64,000 bases of DNA from the human T2T-CHM13v2.0 reference genome, Homo sapiens: assembly GCF_009914755.1 (NCBI RefSeq), contig NC_060944.1. One strand, 5' to 3'. The notes under the pieces are model-generated. The model was given only the letters and a program-made list of their open reading frames with translations, did no database searches and was not told the DNA's origin. Shown one piece after another: positions 53,616-64,000 of the stretch. Position 1 is the first letter of the stretch. Each line of letters starts with the position of its first letter. Made by a program: the position numbers and the translations under genes.

Positions 53616-54019
53616 AGCTAGAAATTTGGGATTGTGATTTGGGAGAGACCTCGGACTTCTCAGACCTGAGGTCAGTAACAAATTCGGGGTTCATCCAGAT
53701 AGATATGGTAGTAAAAGTTAATTAAAACCTAAGGCCATCAAGGGAGAAAGTAAAGAGAGATGAAAAGCAAATGACAACCCATTCCTGGAGGGCTGCCTGC
53801 ATTAAAGAAGCAAGTAACAAAAAGAAGATTTAAAGTGAGAGATCAGATACTTGCTACAAGAATTGAGGTCATATCCCAGTAGCTCAGAGAAAGTAGTCCA
53901 ACAGGAGAAAAGGTCAGCCACGTCACAAGCCTCAGATGTTTACATAGAATGTGACCAATGTGTAACTTTTGAGTTTGGCAGCTGGATGACCAGAGAAAGT
54001 CTGCAAGTGGTTGTTGTGC

Positions 54020-54520
54020 TCTTTTGCAGACCTGAGACAGTGATTTGGGTGAAAGAGGTATACTATGGATGCAATTCCAGGAAGTACAGCAAAAGAGAAG
54101 TATAGAGAAATAGGGAAAGAGAGAACGCGAATACAGGATGATTAATGAGGAGGTTACCACTCTGGGAAACTGATGCTCTGAGATGCCCTGATCTTCTGGA
54201 GACACCCTGAGGAAGTGCATAGAACACACTTCCCAGGTGTTCCAACTAAGGGAAGAGAAGGTTTAAGCAATTGCCCACTACTTTTTATTAATAGTTCTCT
54301 TTTAATGAGGGTTGTTTCTTGGGGTGTCAACTCCCCAACAACTGTGGCCTGCCTCTTTGTATGAAGCAAGCCTGCATAGCCACAGAAAGCCTTCAGGCAG
54401 ATCAACTCAGGAGCTTCAAGTAGCAAGAAAGTGTGCAGGAACTATCCCCCAAGGCTGTGATGACATACAAAGTTGACTGAGAGGATTATGGGGGACACTG
54501 ACAGCATCTACTACTGCTAG
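54020..54520 (-). mobile_element. ERVL LTR33/LTR16-like
   Basis: GCAGACCTGAGACAGTGATTTGGGTG...GGTTACCACTCTGGGAAACTG. Confidence 0.55.
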
Positions 54521-55354
54521 GTTTAGGTGCATGGCAATAGAAACTGAGTTTCCCTCCTTGTTGCAAAAGGAGAGTTGCAACAAGAGAAATAATCTAATTT
54601 TATCAGCCATGGCCACCAGCTGTTTAGACAGAAAAACATCGAGATGCCTCAGAGTCTATCCCAGGCATGTGATGGATACATCCTCATTCTACCAGATTCC
54701 ACTGGTACATCTGCTGGCAGCTGCCACATCTTCTTTGGCACCAAAGGTCTGTACCTCTCTTCAATGTTGAAGAAATTTCAGTTTTTGTTTAAGTTACCCA
54801 TTCCCCTCATGGAACCTATTTTAATGGAGCCTGAGCAGAAGACAAATTGAAAGTCACACACTATGTATCACCACATGTATAGATAGTGTCACTCCATGAC
54901 CCTATGTCAAGGTCACTGAGTCAGGATCACCTACCAGATTCTCTTCTCTGTAGAAAGAGAAGTTATCTGAGCCTGCTTACAGCTAGACTTCTAGAAAACC
55001 TGTCTTGTCAGTTTACCATACCCCTCTGAGTTCCAGCAACAAAGCATTTTCCCCTTCACTTTCAATCTAAAGATATGATTATCAATCATTCTCACCAGGT
55101 TTCTCATTCTGCTAAAGAAAGAACTTTTTAACTTCAACGGCCAAACCTGCTAATAGGAAGAAGAAAGAGACACCATGTGCACCGTTGCCTTTGCACACCA
55201 CCAACGCTGTGCCATAGTACCAGAAGAGGACCTCAGTCTTAACCCAAACACAAGGGCCTGGCACAGCTTGGGACATTGAGTTGGCCATGCCTTTGGCTCT
55301 GATAGCCCAAAGGACATTTAACCAGTCCCCCAATTTCACTTCTTTGGTGACTTG

Positions 55355-55802
55355 ATTAAAAAATTATCCCAAAGTTCCCATCTCTCCCTATATTCACATC
55401 CTTGCCAATGTGGCCTTTCTGCTTGGTCATCAAGAGTTAATGTTTGTTCTCTTCCATTTAAATCTAGTTTGGCCTCGTAATTTGAGTTTTCAACAGAACA
55501 CAGTAGACATGAGGGCCTCCAGAGACCTTGTACACATTTACTCTCTGTGATCAAGCCCAGGAGAACCTGCTAGCTAAAGGATCACCCCAGCCTTCAGCCA
55601 GCCACGGGTGTGAGGCCATCCTAGATCAGCCCACCACCACTGACTCACCAGATGGCCATTATACACATGAATGAATCCAGAACCCAGCTCTGAATTAAAT
55701 CAGAAGAATTCCCCTATGGACTCAAAAGTGTAAAACACAGTTCACATTTTAAGCTATGGAGTTTGGAGTGTTTTATTAGGCAACAAAAGATAACTGATAA
55801 CA
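55355..55802 (+). mobile_element. MLT1G/H-like MaLR LTR
   Basis: GTGAGGCCATCCTAGATCAGCC...TTTTAAGCTATGGAGTTTGGAG...GATAACTGATAACA. Confidence 0.7.
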
Positions 55803-57409
55803 ACATCTCTGGGCCTCAAACTTGTCATCTGCAGAGAAGAAGACTAAATAAAATAACACTTAAGGTTTTTATTGTTTTGTATATTTTTCCTCCTAGCTTC
55901 ATTTTTCTATGGTTTTTAGCTGAAATGAAACACTTCAAAGTGGATATATTAATTTGCTGGACACTAGAAAGCTGATGGGCATTAGTTGCACCATAAACAC
56001 TCAGGTACTTGGCAACACAGGCAGCAGCACACAGATGGGCTTGAAGTAGGGTAGCAGAGAGCACGCTCAGTAGTGCAGGATTCAGAGTACCTGGTTACCT
56101 GCATACCAGAATCAGCCATCACTCTGGCCACCCCAACCCTCTCCTCCCGGCAGGTCCTCCCAGATCTTATGCGTGAAGTGCGTTTTGATTGCTTATATTG
56201 ATTTTATACCCAAACCTCTCCTTTTTAGATATTGGCAAGACTATTTTCAGCCTTAACAATTGCCTAGGATTTATATGGCCAAATGGATTAAGCCTGTAGA
56301 GAAATCTTTTGGCTTTCTTTAAAAACAAAGTGAAAATGTCCTACTGTTTGCTTAATGGAACAAAATGGCTTCCACTCAAAAGATCTCTCAGGGACCAAAT
56401 GATTCATGTAATAGCATGGGAGTTCTATTGACCCAGCTGAACACATCTATACATGCTAAGCCTGCCTCCTTTCTTTTACTGAGAGGAGCCATTTAAAGGC
56501 ACCAAAGTATTAGGTTCTAATTTTGGTTACTTACCAACTGTGTGAGTCAGAACAAATTACTTAGCCTCTCTGAATACTGGATAGGGATAAATAAAATGGG
56601 AATCATATGAACAGTATCACAGGGTTATTGTGACAATTAAATGAGGTGCACACGCAAACAGCTTGAGACATTCTCATTTGCTCAGTTAGTATTCATTTTC
56701 CTTACGTTGTGCACTGATTCATTTCCTATGCATCATTCAAAGCCTGACTTAGACGATGTCCCTCTGTAAAGTCTTTATTCACAAAGTCAGCTCATGTTAA
56801 ACTCTTTTTTTTTCCACTCTTATTTATTCAGAAAAATGTTCTAAGTATGACTTAGGCCCAGGGATAAAGCCATTAGCAAAACTGTTCCTGCCACATGGAG
56901 AGAGGTACAATAAACTAAATAGCATAAGATTAATTCAACTCATCATGATGCAGGCAACCCAGCATTATTTTCGAACATTATGGGAGTATAGAACAGGGGC
57001 AAATCAGGGAAGGTTTCCCAAAGAGTGCCATTGAAACTTGGACAGAAGTGGAAGCAGGTGTTAACCCTGAGCTGGGAAAAAGAGCTTATGTTAGCCAATC
57101 TGAACTCCTGACTTAATTTTTTTCCCTTGTATACTAATTGGTGCTCCAACTCTACATTAACCTAAGAAATTTTCTAATAGATTAATTTGGTTTATCCCAC
57201 CAATTAGATTTTACACTCACCTGGAGCAAGGCCCATATATTCTACTTTTTAGTTTTTTTATTTCTCTCTAAAGCTTAACACAGTGCCAGGCAAAGGTTGG
57301 TGCTCAGTAAATTGTTGATTGGTTGAGAACAAAAAACACTTAAGTGATTTATACCGACTGCTCTTGCTTTGCAAAACATCTCACAGTGGCCTATGGATTC
57401 ATGATCACT

Positions 57410-58090
57410 TTTTAATTATTTTTTTCTAAATATAACAAATGTACAGGAAAGAGTACAAATCATAAGCATGCAACTCTATGAATTTTCATGAAGTGAATAT
57501 AGCCATGTAATTATTAGGTTGGGGCAAAAGTAATTGTGGTTTTGTAATTAAAAGTAATGGCAAAAACCACACCAACCTAATAGCACCCATTTTCAGAAAA
57601 GCAACATTGCTGTTCCCCAAAATGTCCCCTAGTGTGCCTTTGCAACTACCACCTCCCCAAAGGTAACCACTACCCTGACACCTAGCAACATATTTTTGCT
57701 TGTATTTTGAAGTGTATATACAGTGCGAACTCTGTGTCTTGCTTCCCTACTCAACATTATGTCTTTGGGACCCATCCATGTTGTTACATGTAGCTGTGGT
57801 TTGTTTACTTCTGTTGCCATATAGCATTTCATTGTGAGAATAAACACTATCCATTGGCTCTTTTTGGTCCTTGAGCATGTTGCTCTGAACATTCTGGTAT
57901 GCATCTTTTTGTAAATATATGCGTTTATTGCTGTTGGATATATTCCCGGGTGGAAATTTTCTGGAGCGTATGGTCATATATATTTATCCTGACTTTAGTA
58001 GATACTGTCAAAAATTTTCCAAACTAATTGTACTAAATTTTGCTTTCGCCAGCAACATGCCTACTCATTTTTAAAATAATGGCCATTTTG
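57410..58090 (-). mobile_element. Old L1M 3' region
   Basis: GGTAACCACTACCCTGAC, CTCAACATTATGTC, CCATCCATGTTGTTACATG. Confidence 0.7.
57514..57580. mobile_element. MADE1 (Hsmar1 MITE) with deleted right TIR core
   Basis: TA-TTAGGTTGGGGCAAAAGTAATTGTGGTTTTG...CACCAACCTAA-TA. Confidence 0.88.
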
Positions 58091-58694
58091 AAAGTCAAAA
58101 GTTTCTTGGATCTACCTGCTTTATAGAGCCTAGAGGTTATGCTGTTGGCACCAAGTGATGGGAAGGATACCAGCTCACATACAGATGTGTGGACTTCTCA
58201 CAACCAAATGCTCAGTTTCCTCAGCCACACCCACATTGGTGGGGAAATGCAGTAAAGTTTTATAGTAGTGTGTGTTTTCCAAGATAAAATGGGTTTTAAA
58301 AGGAGTCACTGTTTTTTGGTGTGATTTGTAAAGACAGGCTGTTTCTCTATCATCTCTCCTCCATACTCTGTTAACAGGAAAAATATTTGTTTCTAGAAAG
58401 TGGAAAGATAACAAAATAACTACAATCTTGGAAATTAAAGGCAAATACATCTGTAATGTTTCCTGCAACTGTGGAATTTTCTTTGTTCTGTCTCTTCTTC
58501 CGCATTTTCTTCTATGCCAGAAACTTTGATGTAACTTCTCTAAGCTGGGGCCAGGGCAATCTGTGTTGCAGCATGGCCTCCTTTTCCCTTACCAGGCTGA
58601 GAATAAACAAGTCTCTGCCTCAGGATGATGTTCACTGCCATTACCAGAAATATCTTGTTGCTGGTGCCCATGTCAGTTGAGTTAACACACCCTT

Positions 58695-59066
58695 TGATAA
58701 GGTTTGGCTGTGTCCCCACCCAAAATCTCATCTTGAATTGTAATCCCCATAATCTCCACATGTCAAGGGTGGGACCAGGTGGAGGTAATTGGATCATGGA
58801 GGTGGTTTCCTCATGCTGTTCTCCTGATAGTGAGTCTCAGGAGATCCAATGGTTTTATAAGCATCTGGCATTTTCCCTGCTTGCACTCACTCCATCCTAC
58901 TGCCCTGTGAAGAAGGTGCCTGTTTCTCCTTTGCCTTCTGCCATGATTGTAAGTTTCCTAAGGTCTCCCCAGCAACGTGGAACTGTGAGTCGATTAAACC
59001 TCTTTCCTTTATAAATTACCCAGTCTTGGGTATTTCTTCATAGCAGTGTGAGAACTGACTAATATG
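58695..59066 (+). mobile_element. THE1C/D-like MaLR solo LTR
   Basis: TGATAAGGTTTGGCTGTGTCCCCACCC...GACTAATATG with perfect TSD CCCTT; ATTAAA retained. Confidence 0.92.
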
Positions 59067-60952
59067 CCCTTATTAAGGAAAATGCTGAAGTTCTGTTGAG
59101 AACAGAACAGATTGTGAGTGCTGGCTCTGTGGCCCTTGGATTTTATAAGCATCTACTTAACATTCATATGCTTTCATGGTTCCTTGAACACAGTAGGATC
59201 TCAGGAAGGAGTCAATGCATCCAAGTCTTGCCCTTCAGACCTCAGGTTTATAACATAACAGTTTAACAAAGATGCCCCACATTTTCCCCACATTCAGCCC
59301 TCTAAGGGCAATGCTTCCATAATATTCCTGGCATGTAGCAGAGTGGCCAGCACAGAGACTCTTTTGATACATGTCAAATCTTTAATAATTGATGTAATTA
59401 GTGCCAATGAAGAGGAGAGAAAACATAAAATGGTTTAGATAACTGACAGCCAAACAGAAACTCAATCGATGAGTTGCTTAAATGTTCTTTCTTTATCTAA
59501 GATGTTAGCTAACATTCAGCCATGGTTCTCACAGACACAGGGCATATCTCCATGTACATGTTTTGAAGTAGGACAGCAACACAGCAAGAACTGTATCTAT
59601 TATAAAAGCTGCTTCTTACAATAGTATTGTGCCAGGCATGCTTTTTTGAGTAGCATATATACCAATTAGACAGGCTTATAGAAGTCTTTGAAGGAATGGA
59701 TTTTCCTTTCCCCAATTAACTTCCTCCCAGTATCCAATAGAACCAGCTTACTGATATTCCAAAATGATCCTAAATGAAATTGCAAGGGTCCCTTGACATA
59801 TTTTAGGATGATAATATAATCATATATGATTTAATCAAGTTCATTTCAAGTTTATTGCTAAGGGATATGAGGACTGGCCGTGCTCCCCACATACATTCTA
59901 AAGATGTCTTGGTTTTGGTTTGAGGAAAAGGAAAGCAAAATGCAAAGACTGCCTGAGATGTCATCTCTGGGAAAGTAAAAATAAAAACATGCCTTAATTT
60001 GGATTCCTCTCTTTCAACATCCTATTTGGGATCATCATTTTTCACCACCAAGAGGTTCTGTAAGTGAAAAGCAACAGTACTTGTTTAAATGAGGCCCAGA
60101 AGCATTTTCCCTTTGAATGATTCTAGGTTGTGTTGCTAAAACTGTTAAATCTGCAGAGCTTCAGAATAAGGACAGTTGTAAGAACACTGCTCTGCAAGAG
60201 AACATGGGGACTTGTATCCCCATGCTTCCTTATTAATTTGCTATGAGTCATCGACCACCTATCGCCTCTTTTCCTAACCTTGTTTTGCAACATGATTTGT
60301 CCACACTTATTTATTAAGAACATTACATTATTTACAGCTTGTTCATTGACAGCATGTCTCTGAAAGTGACAGAAAAACGATATAATTTGTTGTCCTTCCT
60401 AAGTACTTAAGGGGAAAAAAGAAGATATTACGCAAAGCTTTTTGAAATTCACAAATGAGGCGGGATAAAATCTCTGCAGAATTTATAAAGTCTGCACGAT
60501 GCCTTTGATCTTGATGTATTACATTCCCCACCCCCGCTCTCCCTTCTACAGTGATGCCTTCAATATTTTACCGAGCTGGGCTAACACACAGCTCACAATT
60601 TTAAACTGACAAATCTAAGTGCATAAATTTTAGATGCTTTTTGCAAAACAGCAAGACTGAGGACAAACTGTACATTCAGAGTATTGTAGCCTGTCCTAAT
60701 TCAAGCCATTTCCAAACACACATTTTTACCCTTTGCAGGGTTTGGGGGCATATTTCAAACAAATATCAGTGCTTTGTGTTTATGCCATGTAATAAAGAAT
60801 ATCTGGGGCCCGTCTGTAGGAGAATATCTGTTTTCCAAATTGTCTTGGTTATGGGGAGAAAATGGATTCTACTGTGAACACAAATATAAGAGTAACCTCA
60901 CAAGGAAACATTTAAAATCTGCTCATTGGGGACTTGCTAGGACCTTTAATAT

Positions 60953-61402
60953 TGTGAACCCCAAATACCTGAGACAAATCTCAGTTAATTTAGAAAGTTT
61001 ATTTGCCAAGGTGGAGCACACGCACCCGTGACACAGCCTCAGGTAGTCTGGACGGCATGTCCCCAAGGTGGTCAGGGCACAGCTTGGTTTTATGCATTTT
61101 AGGGAGACATGAGACATCAATCCATGCATATAAGATGTACATTGGCTCCGTCCAGAAAAATGAGACAAGTCAAAGCAGGGAGGGGACTTCCAGGTCACAG
61201 GTAGGTGAGAGAAAAACAGTTGCATTCTTTTGAGTTTCTGATTGGCCTTTCCAAACGAGGCAATCAGACATGCATTTATCTCAGTCAGCAGAGGGATGAC
61301 TTTGAATAGAATGGAAAGCAGGTTTGCCCTAAGCAGTTCCCAGCTTGAGATTTCCCTTAAGCTTAGTGAATTTAGGGCCCAAAGATTTATTTTCCTTTCA
61401 CA
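60953..61402 (-). mobile_element. MER4A-like ERV1 solo LTR
   Basis: TCTCAGTTAATTTAGAAAGTTTATTTGCCAAGG...AAGATTTATTTTCCTTTCACA; flanks ATAT / ATCT. Confidence 0.85.
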
Positions 61403-62202
61403 ATCTATTTATTACTAAAGTGAGCTTCACCCACAGGTGGGTGCCATGTGATGGGAGACACAAGGAAAGGATGGCTGTATGCAAACACGTCCCTTTGTCC
61501 TCATCACCTTCTTGCTTCCCCAAGTCCTACGGGAGTACATGGCAATTAATGACTAGAAAAGGTGATTAGGGAAGAATATCTCTGGAGTTAATTCAGTACA
61601 ATAGTTTCTGTCCCTGAGAGTCATGACTACTGTTCATGGGGAGGCTTAAATTAGTTGAAAACTAGCTTTCTTGGAAAGAATACAAGAAGGATCTGGTCAG
61701 TGGGATGACAGACGCAGCAGTTAGACACCTCTGAGCAATGGGAGTATAGAGAGTGGGAAAGCAGAGATGACAACATTGTGCGATGTTGCCCCACTTATCC
61801 CGTCCTTCCCCGGAAGCCGTTTTGACCAATCATGGCCTTGCTGTCCTGTAAGTCGGATGTGCCCCTGGACTCCTCATCAACACTCCCAACTGACCAGTGG
61901 GAGCTGGCAAGTGGATGAAATTATGCACCATCTCCTGTCTACTAAAGGAGTCATCAAAAAGGGCAGGAGGAATAACAAGAGTGGGCTTGAAGGTAAAAGG
62001 GACAGAAAAACAAGATGAGAACTTGGCTTCAAAGCTACACTATTAAGAACAGTGACCACAATAGTACTAAAAGCTACCGTTTATTAAGTCCCTATGGTGT
62101 TCCTGGCATTCTGCTGGATGCTTTCCTTGGTGCAGTAGAGAGCACGGTTATTAAATCTGTAGTCAGACTGTCAATAGTTTGAATCTTAGCAGAAAAGGGT
62201 AC

Positions 62203-62605
62203 TATCTTAATTTGTTTTCTTTGCTTCTAACAGAATACCTGAAACTGAGTAATTTATAAAGCAAAGGAATTTATTTCTTACAGTTAGGGAGGCTGAGAAG
62301 GCCAAGGTCAAGAAGCCACATCTGGTGAGAAACTTCTTGCTGGTAGAGACTCTCTCGAGAGTTCTGAGGCAACTCAGGGCATCACATGAACAAAGGCCTC
62401 TCTTCTTCTAATAAAGCCCCCAGTCCCATTCTCATAGCCCATTAATCTCTTAACCTATTCATTCATTCATGCATGGATGGATTAATTCCCTCATGAGGGC
62501 TCTGCCCATTCAACCCCCTCTTAAAAACTCCACCTCTCAATACTGCCACACTGGGAATTAAGTTTCAACCTCAGTTTTGAAGAGGACAAACACTGAAACC
62601 ATAGC
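62203..62605 (-). mobile_element. MSTB/MSTC-like MaLR LTR inserted in a MIR
   Basis: CAGAATACCTGAAACTGAGTAATTTATAAAG...GGGAATTAAGTTTCAAC...AAACCATAGC; GGTAC on both flanks. Confidence 0.8.
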
Positions 62606-63254
62606 TGGTACCTAGAGATTTAAAGCCTTAGTCTCTTATCTGTAAAATGGTGATACTAATGGTATATAGCCTCATTGGTTGGTTTCAAGGATTAATGAGA
62701 TAATGTATTGAATGTCTTTGGCATATTGCCTGGCTATCAATCACTGTTAGCTTACTTCTAAAATATGATCAGTGCTCTATAAAAGATTGCTATGCAGCAA
62801 CATTATTTCTTAAACCATAAATCAGAGTGTTTTGTGAATTTTTTTCCTTTCCCTCTTCTCTCATGCGTACTTCCAGAGAGCAGAGTTTCCTTTCCTACCC
62901 AAACCAAACAGGGGCAAGCATTTAAAGATTTAAGTGCCTAGTGAATATATCCTATTTGCCAGCTTTTCCCCTCCTAGAAACAAAAAAGCCTGGGACTTCT
63001 AGAAAGGCAGGGAAGCATCTGAGGGTCCACTTGAACTCCAGTGAAAATGGCTCCAGGATTAGATGCACTCAAAGTGTGAAATAGAAAGCAAATCTTCCCG
63101 AACGGGGCCTAGGCCCAGGAGTAGAAGAGATAATGAGGAAGGACTTCCCATGATTCACATAAGTGCCCCTGAAGAAAAGGTGGGAAACTTGGAATCTTTT
63201 TGTGGGAGACGGTAGAGTGAAGAGAGAGTTTTGCTTGCCTCCTTTTCCTCTGTT

Positions 63255-63288
63255 TGTGTGTATGTGTGTGTGTGTGTGTGTGTATGTG
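63255..63288 (+). repeat. (TG)n microsatellite
   Basis: Interrupted TG run. Confidence 0.9.
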
Positions 63289-63384
63289 TTCCAATATAAT
63301 GGAAGAAGCAGAATCTGCCATTGTAAGTGAGATAGTGTTGATCTCGCAGACATGGATATAGCTATTATAAGCCATAACCTGTAA

Positions 63385-63676
63385 GAATGCTTTCCAATAG
63401 AAATATAAGCCACATATATAATTTAAAATCCTTAATAGCAATATTTAAAACAGTAAAAAGAAACAGGTGAAATTAAATGTAATAACATATTCTAATGTAA
63501 CCCAATATATTCCAAATGTTATCATTGTAATATGTAAGGAAGATGAAGTCAATTGTATCAAGTCTTTGGCATCTAATATGTATGTTAAAGCTAAAGCACA
63601 TCTCAATTTGAACAAGCCATATTTCAAGTGTTCAATGGCCATATGTGGCTATTGGCTACTGCATCAGACAGTGCAG
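63385..63676. mobile_element. MER33-like hAT MITE
   Basis: CCAATAGAAATATAAGCCACATAT...CATATTTCAAGTGTTCAATGGCCATATGTGGCTA. Confidence 0.75.
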
Positions 63677-64000
63677 GTTTATATTCTTCAGAGCTCCGCA
63701 GAAAGGCTGACAGCATCATTTCTATTTTACAAATAAGAAAAATACAAAACAGAGAAGTACATAACTGGTCAAGAATTCATATATTAAACCAATTCTATCT
63801 CACTCCAGCCTCTGTATGATTTTGCCAACCTACACTGATTCTTGGGGCTTCTTCATGAGAAAACAGAAATAATACATACCTCTCTCAAAAAGACAAAATG
63901 AGACCAACAAAATTAAGAAAGCAAAATTCCACCAAATATTCTACCACAATCTCCACATCAGTTTCAATTTTTGCCAAGAATCTTCTTTGCTCGTTTAAAA

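Overview
Human-like (primate) genomic DNA, AT-rich and repeat-dense, with no credible host protein-coding exon, rRNA, tRNA or CRISPR feature. Nearly all ORF-track entries are chance ORFs or Alu/L1/ERV translations. The centrepiece is a 5,814-bp internally deleted HERV-H provirus (25193-31006, +). It has LTR7-type LTRs, a tRNA-His PBS, a PPT, a 5-bp TSD (GTATC) and defective gag/pro/pol/env. An independently inserted solo LTR7 (24316-24764, TSD CTCAC) lies 428 bp upstream in the same orientation. The provirus sits exactly between the 3' end of an old ERVL-type LTR and an antisense THE1A-like LTR, and its duplicated 5-mer appears to be the THE1A TSD as well. All three LTR7 copies carry the doubled ACAAAAGA block that I associate with the pluripotency-active LTR7up lineage. 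The provirus also shows many G-to-A lesions and a 210-codon ATG-initiated leader ORF in frame with the Gag N-terminus. The flanks contain Alus, L1, L2, MIR, MaLR/ERV LTRs and DNA-transposon MITEs, an old ~200-bp diverged direct duplication, and several repeat-free motif clusters that may be enhancers. I found no clearly new biological system; the best candidates are the LTR-cluster architecture and the leader ORF. Subfamily names come from recalled consensus sequences and need RepeatMasker/Dfam confirmation. I cannot identify the chromosomal locus.
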